In this document: positions 18,176-28,267 of the stretch, in pieces
How positions within the stretch are numbered: position 1 is the first letter of the stretch
How the letters are laid out: each line of letters begins with the position of its first letter
Virus record (IMG/VR): IMGVR_UViG_3300042975_000098
Direction: 5' to 3' (one strand)
Length of the DNA: 50,972 bases
Origin: a virus
Made by a program: the position numbers and the translations under genes
Notes under the pieces: model-generated
Told to the model about the DNA's origin: nothing
The model's database searches: none
What the model saw: only the letters and a program-made list of their open reading frames with translations

Positions 18176-18928
18176 ATGTTACGATACGAATCAACCGACA
18201 AGTGGACCCGCATCTGGAACTTCATGACCACGGTGACCGTCGGCGCGCTGGTGTCCTCGCTGTTCATGGGACGCCCCGTGTCCGCGCTCACCGCCATCGA
18301 CGCGGACGCGCAGCGCACCGCCGTGGCCGCGCTGCCAGCCACCCGGACCATTCACATGGGCGTCGACGGTCGGACCATGACGCTCAGCCGCGCCGCCGTC
18401 GCGTCGGCGGTGGCCGGCGTGGACTCGCCGTTCACCCTGGTCCTCCATGGTCATGTGGTCATGCCCGCCGACTCCTCGTACCTGTTCGCCGGCCTTGACC
18501 GGCTCGTCACCATCCGCGGTTCGATGGACGCCTCGCACGTCACGGACATGGTGAGGACGTTCGCCGGCGACTCGCGGCTCACGTCGATACCAGCGCTGGC
18601 CGGCGCGGACGTGAGCGCGGTCGGCGACATGACCGGGGCGTTCGAGGGCACGGGCCTGACCGACCTGTCGTTCCTCCGCGGCTGGGACCTTCGCCGCGCC
18701 CGCAACCTGACGAGGACGTTCGCCGGCGTGCCCGCGACCGGCGACGAGTGGGCGGTGCTGACCACCATGCGCCACGTCCACCCGGAGTGGCTGGTGCGCA
18801 CGTTCGCCGGCTCCGGCATCGACTCGCCGTCACGCATCGCCAGCTGGGACGCCGGCTCGGTCAGACTGGACGCGGGCGCGTTCGCCGGCGTCCGATCGCC
18901 ATCGTCCGATGCCGCCGTTATGTCATAA
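18176..18928 (+). CDS. BspA/DUF285-like LRR surface protein (3' end abuts the IS607 element)
   Basis: PADSSYLFAG, DASHVTDMVRTFAG, DVSAVGDMTGAFEG, LSFLRGWD; N-terminal TM; GATATT-N8-ATG. Confidence 0.7.
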   Translation: MLRYESTDKWTRIWNFMTTVTVGALVSSLFMGRPVSALTAIDADAQRTAVAALPATRTIHMGVDGRTMTLSRAAVASAVAGVDSPFTLVLHGHVVMPADSSYLFAGLDRLVTIRGSMDASHVTDMVRTFAGDSRLTSIPALAGADVSAVGDMTGAFEGTGLTDLSFLRGWDLRRARNLTRTFAGVPATGDEWAVLTTMRHVHPEWLVRTFAGSGIDSPSRIASWDAGSVRLDAGAFAGVRSPSSDAAVMS

Positions 18929-18992
18929 ATAGACACCGATGTCTTATACTTAATGGTATAATATGTTCTGTATTAGTACAGAGGAGGTGGTT

Positions 18993-19582
18993 ATGAGGCT
19001 GAGTGGTTACGCTAGGAAGATGGGCGTGACGTGGAAGACCGCGAACCGGTGGTTCCATGCCGGTCAGATTCCCGGCGCTTACCAGTTACCATCAGGAACC
19101 ATCATCGTCCCGATAACGATGAGAAACATGATGAGCGGGACAACGACGGGGAGACCATCGTTTATGCTCGGGTGGGCAGCGCCTCTCAACGGAAGACGGA
19201 TCTTGAGACGCAAGCGAAACGTCTCGTGGATTACAGTAACGCGCGCGGATGGAACGTTGACCGGATCGTGAAGGAGGTCGGATCGGGCTTGAACGATCGT
19301 AGGCCGAAGCTGGAGGCCATCCTCACAAGCAGTAAGCCCGTTGCCCGTATCGTATTCGAGCATAAGGACAGACTCACACGATTCGGGTACAGGTATCTCG
19401 AGCTTCTAGCCGGTAAGAACGGAACGGAGCTGGTCTGCGTGAACCCGGCGGTCGATGACAAGGATGATCTGCTTCAGGATCTCACGAGCATCATCACATC
19501 GTTCTGCGCTAGGATCTATGGTCAGCGCAGGGGCAAGCGGAAGACCGAGCAGCTCACGGCTGATCTCAAGGAGACCGCATGA
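18993..19582 (+). pseudogene. tnpA: IS607 transposase (MerR-like HTH plus serine recombinase), frameshift at ~19110
   Basis: MRLSGYARKMGVTWKTANRWF..GAYQLPSGTIIV in one frame; IVYARVGS..EVGSGLNDRRPKL..EHKDRLTRFG..SFCARIYG in the next. Confidence 0.85.
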
Positions 19583-20820
19583 TGCAGCTCGTAGAGAAGA
19601 CCGTCACGCGAAGATCCAAGCAGGGGTGGAGCGCGATGGACCATCTTGCGTTCCTCAGCAAGAATCTCTATAACGCGACGCTCTACGCGATGAGGCAGGA
19701 GTACTTCAGGAGCGGCCGCACGCTCACATGGCAGTCGCTCTCGAAGCGGTTCGTGAGAGAGAGGAACCCGGACTTCTATGCGCTTCCCACGAAGGTGAGC
19801 AAGGAGGTGCTCATGCAGGTCGGTCGGGAGTACATCGCATTCTTCCGTCTCCTCAAGCTCAAGAACGCAGGGAGGTATGACAAGCCCATCCATCTCCCGA
19901 AGTACAAGGACAAGGCGAACGGGAGGAACGTGATCACGTTCCCGGGTCAAACGATTAGCGGTCATCGTACAGAGGTAAGACCCGGTCTTTACGAGTACAC
20001 GGTCTGCTCCAAGAGCCTGAACATGAAGTTCTTGTCCCGTCATGAGAACGTGATCATGTTCAAGGTCGTTCCAAGAGCCTGCTCTTATGAGATCCACGCG
20101 GTCTATAGTGTGGAGGAGCCGGTCATTGACCCGGAGCGGAAGCGACGCTGGGCTTCAGGCGACATTGGCGTGGATAACCTTCTCACCGTGTGGGCCGGTC
20201 CAGCATCATTCATCGTGAACGGCAAGCCCGTCAAATCCATCAACCAATACTACAATAGGACCATGGCTCATCTTCAGTCGGAATGGGGCCAGAACAGGAG
20301 GAAGAACGACAAGCACAGGACGCGGAGGATGAACATGATGACATCAAAACGGAATCGTCTCGTTGACGGGTATCTGCATCGTGCGAGCCGCATGATCGTG
20401 AATCAATTAGCTTCCATCGGGGTAACCGACCTTGCGGTCGGTTACAACGCCGGTTGGAAGCAAGACACGAGCATGGGGCGGGTGCAGAACCAGAAGTTCG
20501 TGGCGATTCCGTTCGCAAGATTCCTGACCATGCTGGGTTACAAGCTCAGAATGGCGGGTATCACGCTTCACCTCACGGAGGAGTCCTACACAAGCAAGTG
20601 CAGCTACGTGGACGCGGAATCCATGTCAAGGCATGGCTCATATGCCGGGAAGCGCGTGAAGCGCGGGCTGTTCAGGACCAGTAACGGATCGTTCGTGAAC
20701 GCGGACGTGAACGGAGCGGCGAACATCCTAAGAAAGGTAATCGGGATGACGGCCTACACCGTCTACTCGATAGAGGATACTGCAGTGCATCCAGCAAGGC
20801 TCACGCCTTGCGAACACTAA
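19579..20820 (+). CDS. tnpB: IS607-associated TnpB
   Basis: SKNLYN, SGDIGVDNL, NGKPVKSINQYYN, EESYTSKCS, RVKRGLF, NADVNGAANI. Confidence 0.93.
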   Translation: MMQLVEKTVTRRSKQGWSAMDHLAFLSKNLYNATLYAMRQEYFRSGRTLTWQSLSKRFVRERNPDFYALPTKVSKEVLMQVGREYIAFFRLLKLKNAGRYDKPIHLPKYKDKANGRNVITFPGQTISGHRTEVRPGLYEYTVCSKSLNMKFLSRHENVIMFKVVPRACSYEIHAVYSVEEPVIDPERKRRWASGDIGVDNLLTVWAGPASFIVNGKPVKSINQYYNRTMAHLQSEWGQNRRKNDKHRTRRMNMMTSKRNRLVDGYLHRASRMIVNQLASIGVTDLAVGYNAGWKQDTSMGRVQNQKFVAIPFARFLTMLGYKLRMAGITLHLTEESYTSKCSYVDAESMSRHGSYAGKRVKRGLFRTSNGSFVNADVNGAANILRKVIGMTAYTVYSIEDTAVHPARLTPCEH

Positions 20821-20921
20821 GCGTAGTACAAGTTGTACTACGCTTAGTAACTGTATCTTAGTACACAGTACGGTTTGTGTACGAACGTGACCACGACGGT
20901 TTGTGTACGAACGTGACCACG
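20816..20921 (+). repeat. 16-bp perfect inverted repeat (20816-20848) and exact 26-bp tandem duplication (20870-20921) at the IS607 right end / omegaRNA region
   Basis: ACTAAGCGTAGTACAA-G-TTGTACTACGCTTAGT; (ACGGTTTGTGTACGAACGTGACCACG)x2. Confidence 0.85.
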
Positions 20922-20974
20922 GTGAGCGCACGTCTACATCGCTGCGCCTACGAACATGTGGTACGATTGACCGT

Positions 20975-22042
20975 ATGACGAATGACTTGGACGATACGGC
21001 GAGCGCGAGCGATGACACTGATGGCGGCGAGAGCATTGCGATCCCTGATGGGCTGGGCGAGAACGGAAGGGCCTTCGCCTTATGGGTCAAGGAGCATCAT
21101 GTCAGCCGTGTGCTGATCAGAAGCCTTGACGACCCATGCTCGGCCGACCTGCCTTATGGAATCATCGATCCTTCGGACCTTTCGATGGCCGAATACGATG
21201 CGTTATCCAGGAGCATCAACGCGGCGCAGCAGAACATCCTGATCAGAATCACGGATGACTGCGGCCATTTCTTCGCCGTGGTCGATAACAATGTCTTCAA
21301 AGGCGAAAACAACTTCGTCTACCCGCACTTTGGTTATCAACGGGTGTTCGTCGACAACCCGCTCCGCGGTCATTGGGTCTGCTCCGTGGATGCCCGGTCG
21401 AGGTTGGCGAGGGAGTCGACTCCGGCCGCCATCGCCACCGTGCTCGTAAACCATCTTCTGATCGGCATGACCGCAAGGGAGCGATCGCTCATGCCGGTCA
21501 TCTCATGGGCCGACCCTGTGAAGACGACTCTGGATGACGTCTTCCTACCGCTATCACGTTCACTGCCGTTGCAAAGTTCGGCTGATTCACCCGGCGGCGG
21601 TCTCATCACGCGCATCAACCGTCTCCGCCATCCCCATAAGGCTGGCAGGAAGGCGCCGGCCGCTCCCGCTCCCGCGCGCATCGACACCGCTCCCGATGAC
21701 GCCGCCATCGCCCGCGTGCGCCGCCTGGCGTCGACCACCTGCGGACTGCCGCCGGCGCTCGCCGACCGCATGAACGCGCTCGCGGACAATGCGGACGAGG
21801 CTATGGCGCTCCTGCGCGAATCGCCTACCAGCGAGCACGCGGCGACGATCCGCGCCATCGTGGACAACGACGTGAACGCCGCGACCGCGATCGCGTTCGC
21901 ATGGTCGAGCAGCGCCCTCGCCAGCAAGTCGCGCGCCATGACCGACGCCGTTGCCGAGACCATGCTCGACATCCGGCGCATGGTCTCGGCGTCGACCGTC
22001 GCCCGTCAGCCGGCGCGACTGGACATCGACCGCATACGATAA
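20975..22042 (+). CDS. Hypothetical protein
   Basis: Long ORF; TGGTACGAT -10 shortly before MTNDLDD suggests a leaderless start. Confidence 0.65.
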   Translation: MTNDLDDTASASDDTDGGESIAIPDGLGENGRAFALWVKEHHVSRVLIRSLDDPCSADLPYGIIDPSDLSMAEYDALSRSINAAQQNILIRITDDCGHFFAVVDNNVFKGENNFVYPHFGYQRVFVDNPLRGHWVCSVDARSRLARESTPAAIATVLVNHLLIGMTARERSLMPVISWADPVKTTLDDVFLPLSRSLPLQSSADSPGGGLITRINRLRHPHKAGRKAPAAPAPARIDTAPDDAAIARVRRLASTTCGLPPALADRMNALADNADEAMALLRESPTSEHAATIRAIVDNDVNAATAIAFAWSSSALASKSRAMTDAVAETMLDIRRMVSASTVARQPARLDIDRIR

Positions 22043-22112
22043 TGCCGGCGGTCCGTGAACCCCCGGATGGCGATATTGGCATGACCTCACATCGTTTCAT
22101 CTGGAGGTCGTC

Positions 22113-22475
22113 ATGCTCGTGTTCGCTTACTCGGCGCTGGCGCTGGCGCTGTCGCTGGCCGTCGTCGCCGGTCTCACCGCGTGGTCGTTCCGCATGGAGG
22201 CGAGCCTGTCCGTGTCGCCGACGGCGGAGACGGTGTTCGCGCGCGCCATGACCATCGGCGTGTTCGTCGCAGTCGTGGCGTCCGCCATCGTCGAGGTGAT
22301 ATCGATGGCGATCGGGTCGAGCCCGCTGCTCCCGCTGCTCGCCGTGCTGTTCTCCACCGTGTTCGTCCCGCTGCTGGGATGGTGGGGGATCGCTTCCTCG
22401 AGACGTTCCTCGCCGCGGATGACTCCATGGAGGCCAGCGCCGTGGACATCGCGGCATGGCGGCTGCACGGGCTGA
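22113..22475 (+). CDS. Small multi-TM membrane protein
   Basis: GGAGG SD; three hydrophobic helices; possible 3' frameshift. Confidence 0.6.
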   Translation: MLVFAYSALALALSLAVVAGLTAWSFRMEASLSVSPTAETVFARAMTIGVFVAVVASAIVEVISMAIGSSPLLPLLAVLFSTVFVPLLGWWGIASSRRSSPRMTPWRPAPWTSRHGGCTG

Positions 22476-22579
22476 TCGCGAGCGCCCGTCGCCGCTGACG
22501 ATCGCGAGTCCCTGCTCTCCGCGCCCGTTCGCTCCCCGTGGTATCATCATTGGTGATGACCGTGTGCGAGGGGGTTCGG

Positions 22580-23201
22580 ATGGGGAGTGAACATGCTGGG
22601 GTGATCGTCGATATCGACGGCGTGCTCGGTGATTTCGTGACCGCCATGTCGCGCTGGACCTTCGATGCATCGTGGCGTCACCGGCCTGGGCGAGCCATCA
22701 TCGTACTCGTTCGCCGCCGACCCTTGCTGGCGGCGGGCCTACCGTTCAGACGGCGAGTTCGCGGCCGCGCTGACGATGGCCGGCGAGAGCGGACTGTACC
22801 TGTCGGAGCCGGTTCTCGACCCCGGCGCCGCGCGTGCCATCGCCGATCTTCGCGATCGCGGCGCCCGCGTGCTCGCGGTGACGGCGCGTTCGGATGGCGA
22901 TCCGTCGGTGGATGCCGTGATCAGGCGCGACACCGCTGGCTGGCTGGCCGCGCATGGGTTCGTGGTCGATGGGCTGGTGTTCGCCGCCGATAAGCTTGCG
23001 GTCGGCTGCGACGTGATCATCGAGGATTCGCCGATCACCATCGCCCGCGCCGTCGCCGCCGGGATTCGCGCCGTCCGCGTTCCCCACCCGTATAACGCGA
23101 TGTCCGGCGGGGTGGCCATGCGAGCGTGGTCGGCGGACGTCATTCCTCGGCGATTGACCGCGACCCGCCATCGCTCTACGTCGATTACGCTCATACGGTA
23201 A
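22580..23201 (+). pseudogene. HAD-family 5'(3')-deoxyribonucleotidase-like protein, frameshift at ~22660
   Basis: VIVDIDGVLGDF (motif I), then in another frame VLAVTAR, WLAAHGF, DK, IIEDSP, PHPYN. Confidence 0.8.
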
Positions 23202-23307
23202 GCAAACGCTTGACGTGTGAGCGTATTTTCCATGCGCCGTCGAAAAAACGGCGTTTTCGATGCCACGGTCACGAAACCGTGTTACGGCGTTCTACGTGGC
23301 TTACAGC
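23172..23307 (+). repeat. Intact copy of the ~135-bp structured dispersed repeat
   Basis: Three stem-loops (TACGCTCATACG/CGTGTGAGCGTA, CGCCGT/ACGGCG, CACGGT/ACCGTG); TCTACGT.G.TTAC at both ends; homologous to 540-585 plus 2285-2379. Confidence 0.85.
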
Positions 23308-23370
23308 GCGCGTGGCATCATCTCCCCGTCGTGATAGCATGGTGCCTATCTGGTTTTGAAGGAGGACATC

Positions 23371-23805
23371 ATGGAAACGAGAACGATGCCGATGAGGGAG
23401 CATGAGCGAGACCGCGCCGGCGCCCGCGGGCGAATCCGGCGCGCCGAGGCGATGCTGGCCCGTCCAAGGGCCACGCGGCAGGGGGTGATGCTCCCTGCCG
23501 GCTGGGCCGTGTTCGAACTGCCCGTGGCTGACGGTCGACCGCGATCCGCCCACCCGATGGTGGACCGTTACGGGGCCGTGTATTGGTCATCGGACGGGCA
23601 CTTGTACCGCACGTCCGCGGCGAAGTCGCCGTCGCTGCGGATCGATCGTCTGCGCCGTCATATCGGCGGCGCCGCCAGGTTCGCGGCACCCGCCGACCTC
23701 ATGGTGCTGGGGGACGCCGACGTCCCCGTGTTCGTGCCGCGCTGGCGCATGGCCGACTCGTTCATCCGTCTTGACGATGATGACGAGGAGCGCGACCGGC
23801 CGTAG
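23371..23805 (+). CDS. Hypothetical protein
   Basis: AAGGAGG SD before ATG. Confidence 0.6.
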   Translation: METRTMPMREHERDRAGARGRIRRAEAMLARPRATRQGVMLPAGWAVFELPVADGRPRSAHPMVDRYGAVYWSSDGHLYRTSAAKSPSLRIDRLRRHIGGAARFAAPADLMVLGDADVPVFVPRWRMADSFIRLDDDDEERDRP

Positions 23806-23921
23806 GCGCCCGCGTTCCCGGCGACCCTGACCGGGGCGAAGTTACGGTAGCGTAACCTACGCTTCCGTAGATTGGTGACCCTGCCGTGGGCGCACGGTTG
23901 CCGCCCCGATATTCGGCGTGT

Positions 23922-24386
23922 ATGAGAAGAACGGGATTCACGCTGATGGAACTGATCGTCGCCATGGTCGTGGTCATGATCGCCATGTCCGTGGCCGTTC
24001 CCGGCGTCATCGGGCAGATGCGGTCGACGGCGCAGGACTCGCTGGTCGCCGACGTCATGAGCACGAAGACCATCGTGGAGCGCGCGAGCGTCTACAACGG
24101 CGGCGACGTGGACGGGCTCATCGTGTGCTCGTCCAAATCGGGCGGCGATGACACGCCCACGGTCGGCGTGTTCCAGAACGCCACCGGTCTGACGTGCGAC
24201 GGCGCCGACATGAGGAAGAGCCTGTACTCGTTCCGCATGGCCTCCGCCGCCGACTCGGTGACGCTCGACATCGTAACGTCCGGCGGCTCCGCGACCGGGT
24301 ACGCGGTGACGGGCGTGTCCACCTCCATCCACGGTTCGAAGTACGTGTACAATTCGTCGACGGGCGCCATCGCCATAGTCGGCTGA
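23922..24386 (+). CDS. Type IV pilin / prepilin-type N-methylation protein
   Basis: MRRTG^FTLMELIVAMVVVMIAMSVAVP; GATATT-N8-ATG. Confidence 0.88.
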   Translation: MRRTGFTLMELIVAMVVVMIAMSVAVPGVIGQMRSTAQDSLVADVMSTKTIVERASVYNGGDVDGLIVCSSKSGGDDTPTVGVFQNATGLTCDGADMRKSLYSFRMASAADSVTLDIVTSGGSATGYAVTGVSTSIHGSKYVYNSSTGAIAIVG

Positions 24387-24427
24387 CCTGGCCGCCGCCG
24401 ACCACGATGGCGTGGTATAATGCGGTC

Positions 24428-25615
24428 ATGAAGGAAAGCAAGCGCACGGTCGCATACTGGAACACCATGGCGGACGCCGGTCATGGACTCGAACCGTTGT
24501 TCAGGCAGGACGTACCGGTATGGGCGGCGGCGCTCGACTCGGCGCGCGCCTCGGACCTGGAGGGACTTGACCCGAACAGGCTGTCGCCCACGCGGCACGG
24601 GCTGGACACTCGGCCCGGTCTGTTCCCCCGCTCGGCGAACGACCTGCTGGCGGCCGATTACGAGCGCCGCGCCGTGCTGGAGGGCCTCGTGCTGTCGATG
24701 ACGCGCCTGTTCCGCCGCACGTACGCCATACCATCGTTCAGGCTGCCGATGACGCTCGCCCACGTGTCGAGGACGCTCAGCGACGAGATCGACCTGCTGC
24801 GATCGCGCGGCGCGGTCGCGCGCGACCCCGATGACGATGACGAGCGATGGTCGCCGACCCCCGGGTACGTCCCTCCTCGCTGGACGGATCACGAACTGAC
24901 GAAGCCGTGGGCTCGACGGCAGGTCGCCGATGACATCGCCCGGACGCAGGGCCGCGACCCCATGGCGGTGGAGCACGATCTCGACGCGCTGACGGCGGGA
25001 GGGATGTCGCTGGCCGACGCGTACGACCACGAGTACCGCGCGGCTCCGGTCGTACGCGATGTGATCGGCATCGATCTGGAGACCACGGGGCTGAGGAACA
25101 CCCGCGCGTGGGTCATCGACGCCGGGTGGATGACCATGGACATGGCTGGCGATGAGACGCCTGATGGCGAGCGCCGATCGTACGGCGTTCCCGATGACCG
25201 GCGCTCGCTGGGCAACCCCGCGGAGTTCGTGAGCCACATCGATCTTGATGACCTGCGGGGGCTGGCCTCGCTCGACGAGGACGCCGGCGCGCAGTCGGAG
25301 CTGCTGGCGCTGTTGTGCTCGCGGCCGTACGTCGCCCATAACGCGCGGTTCGAGGATTCCATGTTCACGACGAACGTGGAGGGGTACGCGGAGGCGCGGC
25401 GTGATGGCCGCATCGTCATCATCGACACGAAGAAGCTGTCGCAGCGTCTCGACCCGCGCGAGTCCGAGGGCAACTCGCTCCAGTCCTACGCGCGGCGCTG
25501 GGGCGCGTTGGCGGAGGACGAGTCGGAGCGTCACCTCGGGCTTGACGACACGCGGGTGATGCTCGTGGCGATGCGCCGGCACATGGCATCCATGGGGCTG
25601 ACCCCCGTCTCCTGA
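24428..25615 (+). CDS. DEDDh 3'-5' exonuclease (DnaQ-like) with N-terminal extension
   Basis: GIDLETTGL, VAHNARFE, IIDT, HLGLDD; TGGTATAAT 6 nt before ATG. Confidence 0.85.
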   Translation: MKESKRTVAYWNTMADAGHGLEPLFRQDVPVWAAALDSARASDLEGLDPNRLSPTRHGLDTRPGLFPRSANDLLAADYERRAVLEGLVLSMTRLFRRTYAIPSFRLPMTLAHVSRTLSDEIDLLRSRGAVARDPDDDDERWSPTPGYVPPRWTDHELTKPWARRQVADDIARTQGRDPMAVEHDLDALTAGGMSLADAYDHEYRAAPVVRDVIGIDLETTGLRNTRAWVIDAGWMTMDMAGDETPDGERRSYGVPDDRRSLGNPAEFVSHIDLDDLRGLASLDEDAGAQSELLALLCSRPYVAHNARFEDSMFTTNVEGYAEARRDGRIVIIDTKKLSQRLDPRESEGNSLQSYARRWGALAEDESERHLGLDDTRVMLVAMRRHMASMGLTPVS

Positions 25616-25721
25616 GCCGTCGCCCCGTTCGCGACACGCCGGCGTGGCCTGCGTTTGACCTTGCCCTGCCCGGCGCGTATGATTGGTACCAGCAAACGAT
25701 ACCAATACGGAAGGCGCAGCA

Positions 25722-28187
25722 ATGGCTCTGGTGAAGATCAACAACAACGCGAACGGCGTGATGACCGATAGCATCGTCATGGATGACCTCGAGCGTCACC
25801 TGTCCACGTTCTCGGCGAAGAGCGTGGGCATGCTCACGCAGCGCATGACGAACGTGTATGACGACCCGATCTCGGCGACGATCCGCGAGACCGTCTCCAA
25901 CGCCATCGACGCCACCATCGCACTGGGGGACTCCGAGGAATGGCGGCCAGTGGAGATCATGTCCCCGTCAGCGTTCGAGCCGCGACTGACCATCACGGAC
26001 CATGGCATCGGCATGTCCAAGGATGACGTGAACAAGCACTTCACCCAGTACGGGGCATCGACCAAGGAGCATGACCTCAGCGCTGTCGGCGCTTACGGTC
26101 TGGGCTCGAAGGCCCCGCTCGCGTACACCTCGTCCTTCAACGTGGACACGGTGAAGGACGGCGTGAAGACGTCGTTCATGATGGCGCGCGAGCATGACGT
26201 CATCATGACCACCATCCTCGACGTGCGTCCCACGTCGGAGCCGCACGGCACCACCGTGTACATCCCCGTTCAGAACTATGACGTGGCGAAGTTCCTCAAC
26301 GTGGCGAACAAGTACGCCGCGTACGCCGACGATGGCGTCGACATCACCGTGGACGGGGCGCATTCGAGGTTCTCCGACTCGTGGCTTCGCGTCTGCGACG
26401 TGACGCTCGACAAGGACACCGGCGCCGCAGGCGGACTGTACGTGGCGAAGAGGTACATCACGGACGGAACGGCGAAGCGCATCATCGCCGACGCCGGCGT
26501 CAACGCGCGCAGCATGGCCAGAGAGAACACGATAGCGGCCATCGGCGGGTGGCCATACGATTACACGGGCAATTCGTGGTCGTCGAAGTATTTTCTCGTG
26601 AAGCTCATCCCCGGCGTGGTCGACTTCTCCACGTCGCGTGACTCCATCACGAAGAACAACAGGCTGAACGCGCTCATAGACAACATCGCATCGACGCTCG
26701 GCGGCTCCGGGTTCGCCCATGCCCTGTGGAAGGCCCTCGGCGAGCGGCTGGCCCTGATCATGGACTCGCAGTACCGCAAAGTGGGGTGGAACATCGTGGG
26801 CGGGGCTTCCCGGAACGCCATCAAGGGCATCGAGTCGATCTACCCGGGCGTCGCCGAGGTCTTCTCCGCGGACGCGCTGAACGCCCCGCTCGCGATGTCC
26901 GTTATCTTCAACGGGAATGGCGACAGCGCGCGCACGGATATCGTCACCTGCTCCGATGGCTTGTTCTCCGCATCTCCCGTACTCGCCAGCAAGCTCCACG
27001 AGGCGTTCGCCGACACCGCGTCGACCGACCTCGCGGTACGGAGGCTCGCCACCTGTGCCGAGGGCGACAAGGGGAAAACCGTCGCCGGCGTCCCCGCCCC
27101 CGTCCTCGGCGGCTTCACGTCGGTCATGGGGCACGCTCCAGCCGGTTCGCGGTTCGCCGGCGATGATGACCAGTCGAATCCGGCCATCGCCATCGTGGAT
27201 GCCGACTCCGCGCGGTCGAACGTGGCCGACACCATCAGGTCGTACTACCGCAACGTGCTCACCACGCGCTCGGCGGCGTACTTCGTGGCGTACCCGGACT
27301 CCTCGCATGCCGACGAGCTCAAGGAACTCGGGTTCAAGGTGCTGACCGCCGATGACGCGCACGCCAAGGCCGTCGCAGCTCGTAAGAGCAAGACCGGCCC
27401 CTCGCCCCGCGTTTCCGTCGACCACGTGATGAACGCCATGGTCATCCACGCCCTCGACCGCGACTCCGATCTCAAGGCCGCGCTGAGCAGTCCCGTCTCC
27501 GTGGACCTTGGCAAGACCCCTCGCGAGACGGTCATCGTCACCGTGTCATCGGACGTCATCCTACCCTGCGCGATCATCGATCTCCTCACCAGACCGGAGG
27601 TGGTGGGCAGGGACGTGGTCATCGTCAACGTCCGTCAGGCTGACTTCACCATGAGGCGCATGGCCCCGGTCAAGGGCAACGACCGTTACGCGTACTATGA
27701 CACCCACGGGTATGCGGTGAGCCGCCCGCGCGAGTTCTCGTACAAGTTCTTCGAGGGCGCCGTCGTCGTGCCGACGTCGACCGACGACGTGCTGGAGCAG
27801 TGCGCGGCAGCCGGCTCGCGCAAGGCGTTCACCATGATGGCCAAGCCGGCAGACGGGACGTTCCTCGATCTCATCGTCTCCGACGTGATCAAGGAGAAGC
27901 TTCCGGAGAGGACCAACGACCTGCTCGACGTCATATCGGAGGTGCGTTCCTGCAGCTTCTCGACGCCATACCGCCGGCGCGGTTCATGGTTCGGCGTGCT
28001 CAAGGGGGACGACGATTCGCCGGCTGCACGCATAGTCGACCACATGCTCTCCACCACGGTGTATTCCGGCGAGGCTGACGCCTTCAGGGCGTTGGACTCC
28101 TACGGGACGTTCCGCGAGCAGGTGTCGAAGGGTCTCGACGCCATCATCCGAGAGCACGCGCCGGCGTTGCTCGACGACGTTCGGTGA
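25722..28187 (+). CDS. rIIA: rIIA-like protein (N-terminal HSP90/GHKL ATPase)
   Basis: IRETVSNAIDA, ITDHGIGMS, YGASTK, GAYGLGSKAPLAYT, VDFSTSRDSI; adjacent rIIB. Confidence 0.88.
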   Translation: MALVKINNNANGVMTDSIVMDDLERHLSTFSAKSVGMLTQRMTNVYDDPISATIRETVSNAIDATIALGDSEEWRPVEIMSPSAFEPRLTITDHGIGMSKDDVNKHFTQYGASTKEHDLSAVGAYGLGSKAPLAYTSSFNVDTVKDGVKTSFMMAREHDVIMTTILDVRPTSEPHGTTVYIPVQNYDVAKFLNVANKYAAYADDGVDITVDGAHSRFSDSWLRVCDVTLDKDTGAAGGLYVAKRYITDGTAKRIIADAGVNARSMARENTIAAIGGWPYDYTGNSWSSKYFLVKLIPGVVDFSTSRDSITKNNRLNALIDNIASTLGGSGFAHALWKALGERLALIMDSQYRKVGWNIVGGASRNAIKGIESIYPGVAEVFSADALNAPLAMSVIFNGNGDSARTDIVTCSDGLFSASPVLASKLHEAFADTASTDLAVRRLATCAEGDKGKTVAGVPAPVLGGFTSVMGHAPAGSRFAGDDDQSNPAIAIVDADSARSNVADTIRSYYRNVLTTRSAAYFVAYPDSSHADELKELGFKVLTADDAHAKAVAARKSKTGPSPRVSVDHVMNAMVIHALDRDSDLKAALSSPVSVDLGKTPRETVIVTVSSDVILPCAIIDLLTRPEVVGRDVVIVNVRQADFTMRRMAPVKGNDRYAYYDTHGYAVSRPREFSYKFFEGAVVVPTSTDDVLEQCAAAGSRKAFTMMAKPADGTFLDLIVSDVIKEKLPERTNDLLDVISEVRSCSFSTPYRRRGSWFGVLKGDDDSPAARIVDHMLSTTVYSGEADAFRALDSYGTFREQVSKGLDAIIREHAPALLDDVR

Positions 28188-28267
28188 TCGCCGGTCGCGT
28201 ACCTGTGGTATGATAAATAATAAAGCATACGCGGGAGATATTCCCTCGTTATAGAAAGGTTCGGAAC

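Larger units (their letters stand above)
18920..20895 (+). mobile_element. IS607-family element (ends approximate)
   Basis: Serine-recombinase tnpA overlapping tnpB by ATGA; lower GC; AT-rich ends. Confidence 0.85.
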
